DNA of 64,000 nt from the NCBI GenBank assembly GCA_030602585.1, contig JAUVZJ010000004.1:279-64278 (forward strand). The letters run 5' to 3'. Within the stretch, counting starts at the first letter, position 1. Each line of letters starts with the position of its first letter. The stretch comes from Candidatus Methanophagales archaeon (GTDB lineage: Archaea; Halobacteriota; Syntropharchaeia; Alkanophagales; Methanospirareceae). The notes under the pieces were generated by a model, which searched no databases, had not been told where the DNA came from, and was given only the letters and a program-made list of their open reading frames with translations. This document shows, piece by piece, positions 36,733 through 47,919 of this stretch. Both the position numbers and the translations under genes were made by a program.

Positions 36733-38190
36733 TCAATATGCCCTTGCAACATACACTCTTTTCCCTTCTTTCGAGCAAATTACGCATCCCCCTTCGCCTT
36801 TTTCTCGCTCTTCATCCTCATCCTCATATACCGCTTCACCTAACACATTTACTCCAAGGCGTTCTTCTACTTCCTTCCCACATCTTTCGCTTTCACACAA
36901 GAATAAAGAAACAATGCCCTTTCTTCTCAGCCCTTCCATCGCCCCTTCGCTTTTATGGATGTTAGCGAAAAAAGATTCTTTTGCTCGCTCATAAATACAA
37001 TCGTTAATTTCCTTTAGTGTTCTCTCCACTTCGGGCACGACATCGCAAAGTGGAACTTGCATCCTTTTGAAGTCATTTCTTCTTACGAATTCACATCTAT
37101 TGTTCCTCAAATCCCTGGGTCCTATCTCTATCCTCAAAGGCACTCCTTTCATCTCCCACCGGTAATACTTCGCACCCGGTCTTTCATCCGAGTTATCCAA
37201 AAATGCTCTTATGCCTGCTTTTTTCAATTCCTCACAAACGACAAAGCAAGCTTTTTCCACTTCTGCACTTTTTCCCTCGCTTGAAAATACAATAGGCACA
37301 ATAACAACCTGTATGGGTGCGACCTCAGGAGGCAGCACCAGACCATGATCGTCTCCATGAACGGAGATCACGGCGGCAACGCATCTTTCCGAAATGCCAT
37401 AGCAAGTCTGATTTACGAACTTCACGGCGCCATCTTTATCCTCATATACTATATCAAAAGTTCTCGCAAAGCTCTCGCCAAGCAAATGAATAGTAGCAAT
37501 TTGCATTGCCCTTCCGTCGGGCATGAGCGCATCAAAGGCAGTGGAATACTCCGCCCCCGGAAATTTGTCCCAGTCAGGTCTTCTCGTAATTACATAAGGG
37601 ATGGCAAGCTGGTCAAAGAAATTTTTGTATAAAGCCACCGCCTTTTTTATTTGCGCCTCGGCATCCGCCCGGCTTGCGTGTGCAGTATGCGCTTCCTTAA
37701 AGGAGGTTATCTCACGCAGTCGAATAAGCGGTCTTGTATGCTTTGTTTCATATCTGAAAGTGTTCACTATCTGGTATATTCGGAGCGGCAAGTCGCGATG
37801 CGACCTTATCCAGACTTTAAACACCGGATATATCGCAGTCTCTGAGGTAGGACGGAGTGCGAGAGGAATATCTAATTCCGTGCTTCCGCCTTTTGTCACC
37901 CAGAACACCTCATCTTCAAACCCTTTTACGTGTTCCTTCTCCATCATTAACTCCTTTTCCGGTATCAACATGGGAAATAGCACCTCTTCATGCTCTTTAT
38001 CCAATAGAGAACGCAAAATGCCGTAGATCAGGTTCCGTAATTTATATCCGTAAGGATACCATACATATACCCCTTTCACCGGATACCTGATGTCCAGTAT
38101 CTCTGCGCGCTTCAGTATCTCGTTATACCATTCACTGAAGTTGTTTTCCTTTTGCAATATGGTCTTTGTTTCAGTTTTGTGTTGCATCAT
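36733..38190 (-). CDS. proS: prolyl-tRNA synthetase, archaeal/eukaryotic type
   Basis: Class II aaRS motifs, anticodon-binding domain and C-terminal Zn-binding domain; 485 aa. Confidence 0.85.
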   Translation of the reverse strand: MMQHKTETKTILQKENNFSEWYNEILKRAEILDIRYPVKGVYVWYPYGYKLRNLIYGILRSLLDKEHEEVLFPMLIPEKELMMEKEHVKGFEDEVFWVTKGGSTELDIPLALRPTSETAIYPVFKVWIRSHRDLPLRIYQIVNTFRYETKHTRPLIRLREITSFKEAHTAHASRADAEAQIKKAVALYKNFFDQLAIPYVITRRPDWDKFPGAEYSTAFDALMPDGRAMQIATIHLLGESFARTFDIVYEDKDGAVKFVNQTCYGISERCVAAVISVHGDDHGLVLPPEVAPIQVVIVPIVFSSEGKSAEVEKACFVVCEELKKAGIRAFLDNSDERPGAKYYRWEMKGVPLRIEIGPRDLRNNRCEFVRRNDFKRMQVPLCDVVPEVERTLKEINDCIYERAKESFFANIHKSEGAMEGLRRKGIVSLFLCESERCGKEVEERLGVNVLGEAVYEDEDEEREKGEGGCVICSKEGKRVYVARAY

Positions 38191-38196
38191 TGTGAA

Positions 38197-38268
38197 AGCC
38201 GCTGGTGGGATTTGAACCCACGACCTGCTGATTACGAATCAGCCGCTCTACCTCTAAGCCACAGCGGC
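38197..38268 (-). tRNA. tRNA-Thr (anticodon CGT)
   Basis: Reverse complement folds as acceptor GCCGCTG/CAGCGGC; anticodon stem GCTGA/TCAGC with loop TTCGTAA; T-loop TTCAAAT. Confidence 0.75.
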
Positions 38269-38369
38269 ATTTGAAATAATTTTTGATGAGTCCATGACGA
38301 CAATATTTACCATGACAACGATATTTAAATACAACATTTAAATACTAATAAAAAAATTAAGATAGCACA

Positions 38370-38591
38370 ATGAAAAAAGAAGAGCTAGTACACTTACACA
38401 TGCTATTGGCTCAGTTGAAGAAATATTGTGAAGAAAGTGGTATAGGCTGTGATTTCGAGAAGTACAAAGAGCTGGACATCTCGCCTTTCCAGGTACACCG
38501 AAGTAAAGAAGAGCATAAGCAGGCTATTTTTGTTCTTGGGACCGAACTTGCGTCGCTGACAGCGAAGAATAATTTCTTGGAGAGTAAATAG
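38370..38591 (+). CDS. UPF0058-like small protein
   Basis: 73 aa with HLHMLLAQLKKYCE...SPFQVHRSKEEHKQAIFVLG, similar to archaeal UPF0058 proteins. Confidence 0.45.
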   Translation: MKKEELVHLHMLLAQLKKYCEESGIGCDFEKYKELDISPFQVHRSKEEHKQAIFVLGTELASLTAKNNFLESK

Positions 38592-38785
38592 GCAATTTCT
38601 ACGTCGTAGAGCACGTTTCTCCGGCGAATATGAAGGCGCCTTTCTCCTTAATATCAGTTAGCTTGCGTTGCTTTATGGAGGTAGCAAAAGGCTTTATCGC
38701 TGACATACCTCGTGTTAATATTAATAAAAGTAATACCACTTCACCTTATTCACTCATATTCTGCATTTTGCAATTACGTTGAATA

Positions 38786-39508
38786 TTACGGCGAGAAGCG
38801 TGAATGATATGCTTCTATTATATCTTTCCCTTCGATGAAAATGATGTTTCGTTCTGATGCGAAAGCCTTTGCATTAGCCTTGGAAAGAGCAGTGCCGGAT
38901 TCGTTATCCAACATCTCGCATATTACCATTGCAGGGGATATACCCGCAAGCAACGCTAATGCCACGGAGAGCTCTGTCTGCCCTCTTCTTTCGTCGAGCA
39001 ACCCATCCGCAGCCCTTAATATTGAAACGTGCCCGGGGGTTCGGAATTCCATGTAAAAATCGAAAGATTTGTCATTTCCGTTTAATACTCTCTCCACCGC
39101 TTCGCCTATCTTCTTTATCGTCAATGCCCTGTCTCTATCCGTTATGCCTGTGAATGTATCACGATGATTCACCCAGAGAGAGAAGGAAGAACGTTTATCA
39201 TACATAAGGTCGCCCTTTTCCTCCACTATTCTTCTTAGAGGAGAGAGGTTATCATTCACGTTTCTCAAAATATCACTCATGAGTGGAAGCCCGAGTTTTT
39301 CTGCCGCAACAGGATGAATAGCAACGCATATAAGCCCGCCTGCCTCATTTCTAAAATGCGCGACTGTTTTGGGTGTCACAAAAGAAGCAGGCATTACAAG
39401 GTCAGTCTCGCCTTCTCTATCCTCTGCATCGTATATTAACACGATTTTTTCCTTTTTCACGCATTCTATACCCCGTTTTACCGACTCGGGAATGTTAACG
39501 TTGTTCAT
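38786..39508 (-). CDS. ribB: 3,4-dihydroxy-2-butanone 4-phosphate synthase
   Basis: DAEDREGETDLV and other RibB signatures; 240 aa. Confidence 0.85.
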   Translation of the reverse strand: MNNVNIPESVKRGIECVKKEKIVLIYDAEDREGETDLVMPASFVTPKTVAHFRNEAGGLICVAIHPVAAEKLGLPLMSDILRNVNDNLSPLRRIVEEKGDLMYDKRSSFSLWVNHRDTFTGITDRDRALTIKKIGEAVERVLNGNDKSFDFYMEFRTPGHVSILRAADGLLDERRGQTELSVALALLAGISPAMVICEMLDNESGTALSKANAKAFASERNIIFIEGKDIIEAYHSRFSP

Positions 39509-39515
39509 CTTTTGT

Positions 39516-40196
39516 TCATATCACCACCCTTGTTCTTATCTCATCTCCGTCCTCCAGTTTAAGTTCGCATCGCAGATAAACCGGTGAAATTATCTCCAGA
39601 ACATCTTCGGGATAATGTGTGCGTTCGGGAATGATAACGGCGCTTTTAATTCCCTCAGCACTGTCGCACAATATCTTACAAGGGAAGCACTTGCCACCGC
39701 CAAAGGTCCTTTTTTCTGATTCAAAACCTTCTATTTCTATTCCTTTCCGCCCATCCAGCTTCTTCCGTGTTGCTATACTTTGCGATTCCAGGTTGAGATT
39801 TAAGGTGCCGGGAAAAGGAGTAAAACCTAATTTAGCCTCGAATTGCTTTCTATATCCCTCAAGCGTCGTATAATATTCCCCCTCTCCCAGACCTGTAATC
39901 AAGCGTCCTGTGATCTCAACCTCGATACTCGGTATGGTAAAAAATATCCTCTGGTATTCATAACATTCTTTCTTTAATTGCTCTATCCCTTTTTTTGTCA
40001 GTATTATCCACTGTCCATCCGCTATTATTCTTCTATGCACGAAACCTTCTCTTTCAAGCTCCTGGAGTCGCCTCGCTGCGGTTTGTATGCTTGATTTAAT
40101 CGTTTCCGCGAAATGACCAGAAGACAACTTAACAGGCTGCTCTATCGCACCTAACAAAGCGAGCTTCCTTAACGAAAATATCACGTCCCCGCTCAT
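39516..40196 (-). CDS. ribK: CTP-dependent riboflavin kinase with N-terminal HTH domain
   Basis: C-terminal archaeal RibK motifs (GLGEGEYYTTLEGY...PFPGTLNLNL); N-terminal wHTH. Confidence 0.8.
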   Translation of the reverse strand: MSGDVIFSLRKLALLGAIEQPVKLSSGHFAETIKSSIQTAARRLQELEREGFVHRRIIADGQWIILTKKGIEQLKKECYEYQRIFFTIPSIEVEITGRLITGLGEGEYYTTLEGYRKQFEAKLGFTPFPGTLNLNLESQSIATRKKLDGRKGIEIEGFESEKRTFGGGKCFPCKILCDSAEGIKSAVIIPERTHYPEDVLEIISPVYLRCELKLEDGDEIRTRVVI

Positions 40197-40275
40197 CTTT
40201 ATCTTTCACCCTTATCATATCAATTTTGAGATATATCTCATAAATAGGAAAGGGATATATAAAAAGGTTAGTCTT

Positions 40276-41079
40276 TTACTTCCTTTTTAAACTCAAGCCT
40301 GCGAGTAGCCCGAAAAAAAGACCTGATAAATGTGCCGTATGCGCGATTCCGTCTGGTGAACCCATTATAAGCGGAAAAACATCATAGTAGATGGGGAAAA
40401 GAAGAGCTACCATCCACATCTCCACTGGTATTAAAAAGAAGAGATATACCCTCATCCTTGGCATAAGCACCGCGAGGGCTGTAAATATCCCATATAGCGC
40501 CCCACTTGCACCCACTGCCGGGTTAACGGAAGTCAAGCACCAGCCAATCCCCGCAACAATTCCTGAGAGGAAAAAGATGAGTAGAAATTTTGGACTCCCT
40601 ATCTTTCTCTCCAGCACAGGGGCAAAGAAGATAAAGAGGAGCATATTGAAGAGGAAGTGCGTGAAGCTCCCGTGAAGGAAGATATGTGTTATCAATGTCC
40701 AGGGTCTTTCTTCTATGAGCTGCGGATTCAACCACATTAGCTTTTCATACAAGTTGGGTATTCCACTCGTAATCAGACCGCCTGGAATGAGTAATTGCAA
40801 AACGAAAGAGATGGTGATAAGAAATAAAAATAAGAACGAATAGTTACCGGAGAAGATACCAAAGGGGTTTGTATATCCTTTTTTACGTTGAGGTTCTTCG
40901 GGTTCCGCTTCTAAGGGAATAGGAGATATTTTGCCTTCTTCGAGTTCTCTCCTATATTCTTCAAGTCCAACGCACCAGTGCATTTCTGGCGGGAGATGCT
41001 CCTTGCAAAGGTTATCGCCGCAATACTTGCATTTATACAATGCCTGTTTGCCGCAGACCGTACATCGTGCGCGTGCCAT
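40276..41079 (-). CDS. rhomboid-family intramembrane serine protease with N-terminal zinc finger
   Basis: N-terminal CTVCGKQ...CKYCGDNLCKEH...C; rhomboid catalytic GASGALYG and FLHGSFTH. Confidence 0.7.
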   Translation of the reverse strand: MARARCTVCGKQALYKCKYCGDNLCKEHLPPEMHWCVGLEEYRRELEEGKISPIPLEAEPEEPQRKKGYTNPFGIFSGNYSFLFLFLITISFVLQLLIPGGLITSGIPNLYEKLMWLNPQLIEERPWTLITHIFLHGSFTHFLFNMLLFIFFAPVLERKIGSPKFLLIFFLSGIVAGIGWCLTSVNPAVGASGALYGIFTALAVLMPRMRVYLFFLIPVEMWMVALLFPIYYDVFPLIMGSPDGIAHTAHLSGLFFGLLAGLSLKRK

Positions 41080-41163
41080 GTATTTGAAAGGTGATGTTTT
41101 ATATTTAAAAGTTGCGGGAAAAAGGAAAGGAACAAGGTCAAAGATAGATTAACGAAAGCGTTG

Positions 41164-42414
41164 TTACGCAACAACCTCACCTACCAAATAAGTGCTCTTC
41201 GCCTCTTTTACACGCACCGTATAAGTGTAAGTGGCACCAAGTGGCAACTCCTTTTTTATTACTATCGTCCTATACGAAGTGTCCCTGGCTATTACACCCC
41301 CTTTCTTACCCTTTCCCGTTACTAAAACAGGAAGTTCCTTTCCTTCCAATTCTCTGTTCTTTGCGAAAGCAAGCGTGTGATAAACGGCGGAGAAAATTCT
41401 CGACCTCCTTTTCTTCTCCCGCTCCAGCAAATCCTTTAGCTTTGATGCTTCCGTCCCGGGTCTTGGAGAGAACCTCGTTATGTTCACTTTTTCTGGCTTT
41501 ATTTCCTCCAGCAGGTTCAAAGAGGAAAAGAAATCCGCATCTGTCTCTGTTGGAAATCCTACGATAAAATCCGTGCATATCGTGCTATATTCGAATCGCT
41601 TCCTTATGCTTTTTACTATCTCAACGAAATCAGCAGCTTTGTAATTCCTTCTCATATCACCGAGCACCTTATCAGAGCCAGATTGCACCGGCACGTGAAA
41701 GAATTTGAATATTTTTTCGGAATCGAATGCTTCAAGGAGTTCGTCCAGGATGTGAATAACCGTAAATGGGTTCAACATACCCACTCTTATTCTAAAATCG
41801 CCTTCCACGGATGTTACCATTTCTAACAACTCTGGAAGCTTTATATCGAAGCTGTCCCAGCCGTATGCACTGCAGTCCTGCGAAGTAATCCGTATCTCCC
41901 TCGCACCTCGTTCCACCGCACTTTTAACTGCTTCGCATATCTTTTCAGGCTCGTAGCTTCTCAACTCGCCCCTCGCTCGCTTCACGATACAATAAGAACA
42001 TTTTCCTACGCAACCCATTGCTATCGGAATTATACCAACCACACCATCAAAATCAAGCTTCTGTTCCCCCCTATAACCATTGCAAATATCCATTGGTGTC
42101 ACCATAGCCACCTCTTCGCCTAAAATGCTTTTTACCAGGTCCGGCTGTGCGGCAGGCATACAACCCGCAACAACCACTTCTTTACCTTTTTCCTTCAATT
42201 CCTTCAGTCTCTTTATCACATTTAATTCCGTTCTCTTCGCTACGGTGCATGTATTCACGATAACGACATCGGCTTCGCTTTCTTCTACTATCTCATGACC
42301 CGCATTTCTTAGAATCGCTCGCATCTTCATCTCGTCACCAACGTTCGCGGTGCAACCGAAAGTTTCGAGGTGAACCCTTTTTGCAGTTCCTTGAAATAAT
42401 GTGTTCAGGTTCAT
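41164..42414 (-). CDS. MiaB/MtaB-like radical SAM tRNA methylthiotransferase with TRAM domain
   Basis: UPF0004 N-domain cysteines; CVGKCSYC radical SAM motif; C-terminal TRAM. Confidence 0.75.
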   Translation of the reverse strand: MNLNTLFQGTAKRVHLETFGCTANVGDEMKMRAILRNAGHEIVEESEADVVIVNTCTVAKRTELNVIKRLKELKEKGKEVVVAGCMPAAQPDLVKSILGEEVAMVTPMDICNGYRGEQKLDFDGVVGIIPIAMGCVGKCSYCIVKRARGELRSYEPEKICEAVKSAVERGAREIRITSQDCSAYGWDSFDIKLPELLEMVTSVEGDFRIRVGMLNPFTVIHILDELLEAFDSEKIFKFFHVPVQSGSDKVLGDMRRNYKAADFVEIVKSIRKRFEYSTICTDFIVGFPTETDADFFSSLNLLEEIKPEKVNITRFSPRPGTEASKLKDLLEREKKRRSRIFSAVYHTLAFAKNRELEGKELPVLVTGKGKKGGVIARDTSYRTIVIKKELPLGATYTYTVRVKEAKSTYLVGEVVA

Positions 42415-42494
42415 TTTTGATAATCACACCTTATTACTAAATTGGACAATACCTTTTATTACTTTCAGAGCATAATGCTAACCATAGCAATGAA

Positions 42495-44993
42495 ATGAAT
42501 GAAAACGAGCGTGAGGAGGAGCGAGAAGGAGAAGGAGAAGAACAAGAACGTGAGCGTGTAATAGAAGTCAGCGTTGAAGACGAGATGAAGAGCTCGTATA
42601 TAGACTATGCGATGAGCGTGATTGTAGGAAGAGCTCTTCCTGACGCACGTGATGGTCTGAAACCGGTGCATCGCCGTATATTATACGGAATGCATGAGCT
42701 TGGCGTCGCACATGATAGACCACATAAGAAATCAGCACGGATAGTGGGAGATGTTCTGGGGAAATACCATCCTCATGGTGACGTCGCGGTCTATGAAACA
42801 ATGGTGAGAATGGCGCAGGAGTTCTCTTACAGATACCCTTTAGTAGATGGTCAGGGTAATTTCGGCAGTATAGACGGAGATTCCGCCGCGGCGATGCGAT
42901 ATACCGAAGCGAGGCTCTCAAAAATAGCAGAGGAGCTGCTGGTTGACCTCGATAAAGACACCGTCGCATGGAGTCCTAATTTTGATAACACACTAAAGGA
43001 ACCACAGATTTTACCCGCGAAGCTCCCTAACCTGTTGATAAACGGCTCTTCCGGTATTGCCGTTGGTATGGCTACTAATATGCCTCCGCATAATTTAGCA
43101 GAAGTGGTGGATGGCATAATAAAAGTGATAGACGAGCCAGAGGTAAGCATAGGCGAGTTGATGCAAATAATAAAAGCTCCTGATTTTCCCACTGGCGGCA
43201 TCATTTCTGGCTACGGGGGCATAACACAGGCGTATGAGACGGGCAGGGGCAGCATAAAGCTAAGAGCAAAGGTAGATATAGAAAGGACGGCTAAAAAAGA
43301 GAGAATAATCATAAATGAGATACCCTATCAGGTAAACAAAAGCAAACTGGTAGAGGAGATAGCGGAATTCGTAAAAAAATACAAGGTGGACAACATCACC
43401 GGGTTACGCGACGAATCAGACCGCAAAGGAATGCGGATTGTAATAGAATTGAAAGCAGGGGCTAATGCTCCTATCATTTTAAACAATCTCTATAAACGCA
43501 CACAATTGGAAAACACGTTTGGTGTAATCAATCTCGCTCTGGTAGATGGCGAACCACGCGTATTAACGCTAAAGGAGCTAATCGAGTGCTACATAAAGCA
43601 CAGGAAAGAAGTGACGATTAAAAGGCTGCAATACGAATTAGAGCGTGCAGAGAAGAGAAGGCACATATTGGAGGGTCTAATCATCGCAATATCGCATATA
43701 GATGAGGTGATAACGGTAATAAAAGCATCAAGCGATAGCAAAACTGCTAAATCTGCTTTAATCGAGCAATTTGAGCTGAGCGAGGAGCAAGCGAAAGAGA
43801 TATTGGATATGCGGCTCTCGCGATTGAGTGCCCTGGAGCGTGACAAGATAGAAACCGAACGGGCAGAACTTGAGGTTAAAATAAACTGGTTAAGAGAGGT
43901 ATTGGCATCCGAAACACGAATATTTGGCATCATAAAAGAAGAACTGATAGGGCTGAAGGATAAGTATGGCGATGCGAGAAGGACCGAGGTAGAGGAGGTG
44001 GTGACGACGTTAAGCGATAGTGATTTTATAGAAGAGGAAGAAGTAATCCTCTTTTTTACGCAGCGTGATTACGTGAAGCGATTATCTGCGAGTAATTTCA
44101 GGATGCAACTGAGAGGAGGGAAGGGGATATCCGTTATAGACAGGAAAGAAGGCGATGTTATCTCTTATTTCATACGCGCGTCCACACGGGAACGCCTAAT
44201 TCTCTTTACTGAATATGGCAAGGCATATCAGGTGAAGACCTACGTAATCCCGCCAACAAGCCGGCATGCGAAAGGAAAACCTCTGGTGAACCTTCCAGGG
44301 GTGGGCTCAGCAATAGAGGAGGAGGAAAAGTTCGCTGCTGCCCTTGCCATACCTGAAGAGGTGGATGGTGCAATAGAAAACGCCTATATCGTTTTCGCTA
44401 CCAAACGAGGCGTGGTGAAGAGAAGCGCACTCGCTAAGCTGAAGGCTATACGCGTCACGGGTATCGTCGCCGTTAGGGTTGACCAAAGGAAGAACGATGT
44501 GCTAACCGACGTGGCGTTGATAAAGGGCGGAGCGCAGACAGGTATTATTTTAAGCTCGAAGAACGGAAAGGCGATACTCTTCCAGGAAGAGGAATTGCGG
44601 GAGATGGGTAGATATGCATCTGGCGTACGGGGGATGAGATTGGATAAGGATGACGAGATAGCAAGTATAGAGGCTGTTGACTTGAGTTTGGATGCTTCAA
44701 GACTCGTTACGCTAACAGAGAACGGTTATGGAAAAAGAACGAAACTGGATGCTTACAGAGAGACACACCGGGGTGGCAAAGGCGTGATTAGCATTCGAAC
44801 CACTGAAAGAAACGGTAAAGTGGTGTGTATCAAGCAAGTAAAGAACGATGATGAGTTGGTGATCGCTACGTCTGACAATATGGTGACCAAAATTGAGGTA
44901 CGAAACATTTCCGTTCAGGGTAGAAACACGCAGGGTGTGCGGTTGATGAATGTGAGAGCTGGTGAGCGGATAGTAGCGGTGGACGTGGTGTGA
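42495..44993 (+). CDS. gyrA: DNA gyrase subunit A
   Basis: [12 protein letters not shown], active-site Tyr region ([10 protein letters not shown]), YHPHGD, and C-terminal beta-pinwheel repeats; 832 aa. Confidence 0.9.
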   Translation: MNENEREEEREGEGEEQERERVIEVSVEDEMKSSYIDYAMSVIVGRALPDARDGLKPVHRRILYGMHELGVAHDRPHKKSARIVGDVLGKYHPHGDVAVYETMVRMAQEFSYRYPLVDGQGNFGSIDGDSAAAMRYTEARLSKIAEELLVDLDKDTVAWSPNFDNTLKEPQILPAKLPNLLINGSSGIAVGMATNMPPHNLAEVVDGIIKVIDEPEVSIGELMQIIKAPDFPTGGIISGYGGITQAYETGRGSIKLRAKVDIERTAKKERIIINEIPYQVNKSKLVEEIAEFVKKYKVDNITGLRDESDRKGMRIVIELKAGANAPIILNNLYKRTQLENTFGVINLALVDGEPRVLTLKELIECYIKHRKEVTIKRLQYELERAEKRRHILEGLIIAISHIDEVITVIKASSDSKTAKSALIEQFELSEEQAKEILDMRLSRLSALERDKIETERAELEVKINWLREVLASETRIFGIIKEELIGLKDKYGDARRTEVEEVVTTLSDSDFIEEEEVILFFTQRDYVKRLSASNFRMQLRGGKGISVIDRKEGDVISYFIRASTRERLILFTEYGKAYQVKTYVIPPTSRHAKGKPLVNLPGVGSAIEEEEKFAAALAIPEEVDGAIENAYIVFATKRGVVKRSALAKLKAIRVTGIVAVRVDQRKNDVLTDVALIKGGAQTGIILSSKNGKAILFQEEELREMGRYASGVRGMRLDKDDEIASIEAVDLSLDASRLVTLTENGYGKRTKLDAYRETHRGGKGVISIRTTERNGKVVCIKQVKNDDELVIATSDNMVTKIEVRNISVQGRNTQGVRLMNVRAGERIVAVDVV

Positions 44994-44996
44994 AAA

Positions 44997-46130
44997 TTAA
45001 ATCATTTTTTGTTTCAACGTTTTTCTTTTTATTCGCTCGATAAACCCCCTCTGCTCTGCTATCTCTTTTGCTTTCCCGGTTACTATTACTTCTGCTTCTT
45101 TTAATCCCTCCATCGTTTTACAGCCGGTTAAGAACATAGCAACCTTTAATTCCTCGCCCATTTCCTTTATTTTCGCTATTACTTTATCCGTGCTTCCTTT
45201 TCCACCATTGTCTTCCATTGCGGGTTTCAGGAAAGGCAAAGCGGCACTACACAGGTCTGCACCTAAAGCCATGCTTTTCGCAACGTCAATGCCAGTTCTT
45301 ATTCCGCCAGTAGCGATTACGGGAATAGGAAAAGGAAGCGCACTGCACTCCACTATGCTTTCCACCGTAGTAATGCCCCAGTCCCACCCAAAAAGGTGTC
45401 CCAAATGTTCACCCAATTCATCGCCTTCTGCTTTCGCACGGTATATCTCTGCTACTGCTAAACTCGTTCCACCCAAACCGCCAACGTCTATCGCCGATAC
45501 GCCTGCCTCGTGTAACTTCTTCGCCACTGCATAACTAATCCCTGCACCCGTTTCCTTTACAATCACCGGCTTTTTTATCGCATCGCATACCTCTTTTATC
45601 GCATCAAGGCAACCTCTTGCATCTACGTTGCCTTCTGGCTGAATGGCTTCCTGTAAAAAGTTGAGGTGTATCGCAACTGCATCTGCATCTATCATCTCTA
45701 TAACTCGCTCAACACCCTCTATCCCGTATTCCTTCAACTGTGGAGCGCCTAAGTTCGCATAGATAAACGAATCAGGCGCAACGTCACGAACCACACGGAA
45801 AGAGTCCTCCTGCTCGGTGCCTTCCAGTGCCGCTCTCTGAGAGCCCACGCCCATACCCACGCCAACCGTTTCAGCCGCTTCTGCAAGAACTTCATTTATT
45901 CTTTTCGTCTCGGGATGCCCGCCGGTAATCGAAGCAATCATTATGGGATAATTAAACGAAAAGCCTAAAAACTCCGTATTCAAATCAATCCCTTCTTTAT
46001 CTATTTCCGGTAACGCAACATGAACAAGCTTAACGTCTGCAAAGCAATTCGCATCTACTTCCACTTCCTTTTCCGCACAGATCCGGAGCTGCTCTATCTT
46101 CCTTCTCGATGTATTTCCCATCGTTCTCAC
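44997..46130 (-). CDS. fni: isopentenyl-diphosphate delta-isomerase type 2 (FMN-dependent)
   Basis: TIM-barrel FMN oxidoreductase with IDI-2 motifs (PIMIASITGG; GGLGGTS). Confidence 0.8.
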   Translation of the reverse strand: MRTMGNTSRRKIEQLRICAEKEVEVDANCFADVKLVHVALPEIDKEGIDLNTEFLGFSFNYPIMIASITGGHPETKRINEVLAEAAETVGVGMGVGSQRAALEGTEQEDSFRVVRDVAPDSFIYANLGAPQLKEYGIEGVERVIEMIDADAVAIHLNFLQEAIQPEGNVDARGCLDAIKEVCDAIKKPVIVKETGAGISYAVAKKLHEAGVSAIDVGGLGGTSLAVAEIYRAKAEGDELGEHLGHLFGWDWGITTVESIVECSALPFPIPVIATGGIRTGIDVAKSMALGADLCSAALPFLKPAMEDNGGKGSTDKVIAKIKEMGEELKVAMFLTGCKTMEGLKEAEVIVTGKAKEIAEQRGFIERIKRKTLKQKMI

Positions 46131-46180
46131 CCTTCTAATAACATTCCATATCGGCTGTTCATTTTATTTATCCTCTGCGT

Positions 46181-46945
46181 TTAAAAGCTTTTTAGCTCTT
46201 TCAAAACATCCTCAAACGTGCTTTTCTCCGCAACCAAATCCGCTTTTAGCCCTTCTTCTGCTATGCTTTTCGCAGTCAAATCCCCTATCGCAACAATCTT
46301 CGCATTCCCAAAGACATCCTCTCGCATATCCAATTCTTTTGCAAGCTCCAGAAAGATTTTGAAAGTCAATGAACTCGTGAATATGACATAATCCGGCTTA
46401 TACTTCACAAAACCCTCAAAAGGTTCTTTACATTCCGTCAAATCCTTCTTCTTCACCTCGTATATCGCTATATCCATCACAAAAGCTCTTTTGCTCTCCA
46501 AAAACTCTATAATCCCCTTGCCACCCTCTGAACTTCTGAGGAATGCAATCCGCCTATCTTTTACTCCAAACGCATCAAACAGATTCTTTAGACCCTCGGT
46601 GCTATACTCCACAGGCATTAAATTTACCTTCAAGCCCTCTTTCTCAAGTTCCTCTTTCGTTGCAGGTCCGATAGCGCATAGTTCCACATCGGCATCCGAA
46701 ATTTTCTTATTCAAATCGAATTTACCTTCGCAGATGCCAAACATTTTTTTAACACCGTTCGCACTGGTGAAAACTACTATGTCCACGCCTTCTTCAAAAA
46801 CTGCTTCTATCTCCTTTAATGCCTCTTTCCTCGCCACAAGTTCAAACACCGGAAAGCCGAAAAAATCAAAGCCGTGTCTCTCCGCTATTTCCCTTGTGTG
46901 GTGAAGCACATTTTCAGGTCGAAAAGCAGCTATCTTCTTTCTCAT
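46181..46945 (-). CDS. hemD: uroporphyrinogen-III synthase
   Basis: HEM4 motifs (VVFTSANGV; AIGPATKE); adjacent to cobA. Confidence 0.7.
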   Translation of the reverse strand: MRKKIAAFRPENVLHHTREIAERHGFDFFGFPVFELVARKEALKEIEAVFEEGVDIVVFTSANGVKKMFGICEGKFDLNKKISDADVELCAIGPATKEELEKEGLKVNLMPVEYSTEGLKNLFDAFGVKDRRIAFLRSSEGGKGIIEFLESKRAFVMDIAIYEVKKKDLTECKEPFEGFVKYKPDYVIFTSSLTFKIFLELAKELDMREDVFGNAKIVAIGDLTAKSIAEEGLKADLVAEKSTFEDVLKELKSF

Positions 46946-46978
46946 TTTGGATACCTCTTAAAACTTTAAAAACAAATT

Positions 46979-47710
46979 TCACATCAACTTCTCCCTTATA
47001 TTAACCACATCGCCAACCACAATCACCGCAGGCGGCTTCACTTTTTCTTTCGCTGCCACTTCCACTATGTTCCCAAGCGTTCCAACTACAATCCCCGCAG
47101 CTGCGGTAAATCCTTTTCCAATAACCGCAACAGGTGTTTCTGCACGCATTCCATGCTTCAAAAATTTGTCAACGTTCTTAGCGAGGTTTCCTACACCCAT
47201 CAATATGACGAGCGTGCCTTTCAAATTCGCAATCGCTTCCCAGTCAATGCTTTCACTTTCTTCCTTTTCTTCCATCTCATGCCCAGTGATCATAGTAACA
47301 GAAGAAGAAACACCGCGATATGTAAGCGGAATGTAAAAAGAAGCAGGAACTGCAATTGCTGACGTTATTCCCGGCACTACTTCAAAATCAACGCCTCTTT
47401 CCTTGAGAAACACTGCTTCTTCTCCTCCTCTACCGAAAATATAAGGGTCTCCACCTTTCAACCGCACAACCTTCTCGTATTTTCCCGACAGTTCCACCAT
47501 GAGCGCGTTTATCGCATCCTGTGAAAATTTGTGCTCCTCCGCTGTTTTTCCAATGTCAATAACCTTTTTACCCTCTGGAATCTGCTGCGTCACGCCTAAA
47601 ACTAAATTATCAACCAATATCACGTCTGCTTCTTTTATGAGCCTGTACGCCTTCAAACTCAACAGTTCCGGGTCTCCCGGTCCGGCACCAACAAGATATA
47701 CTTTCCCCAT
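46979..47710 (-). CDS. cobA: uroporphyrinogen-III C-methyltransferase (SUMT)
   Basis: GKVYLVGAGPGDPELLSLKA and TP-methylase fold. Confidence 0.85.
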   Translation of the reverse strand: MGKVYLVGAGPGDPELLSLKAYRLIKEADVILVDNLVLGVTQQIPEGKKVIDIGKTAEEHKFSQDAINALMVELSGKYEKVVRLKGGDPYIFGRGGEEAVFLKERGVDFEVVPGITSAIAVPASFYIPLTYRGVSSSVTMITGHEMEEKEESESIDWEAIANLKGTLVILMGVGNLAKNVDKFLKHGMRAETPVAVIGKGFTAAAGIVVGTLGNIVEVAAKEKVKPPAVIVVGDVVNIREKLM

Positions 47711-47919
47711 TTTATTTTGATAATACTAAAATAAAGTTATAAATAAAACACTCGTTCTCTAATAGCAGGAATTTGTTTTGTCTTCCTATTTACTCGTGAT
47801 TTACATAGCGAGGTTGGGAGGGTTGATAAGTCAAACCTTTTAGAAAAAGGTTTAATCCAAAAAGTCTTTTGGTGGGAAGGTTGATAAGGAGGGTTTGGCT
47901 CATTATTGGGTCTGCCCAC

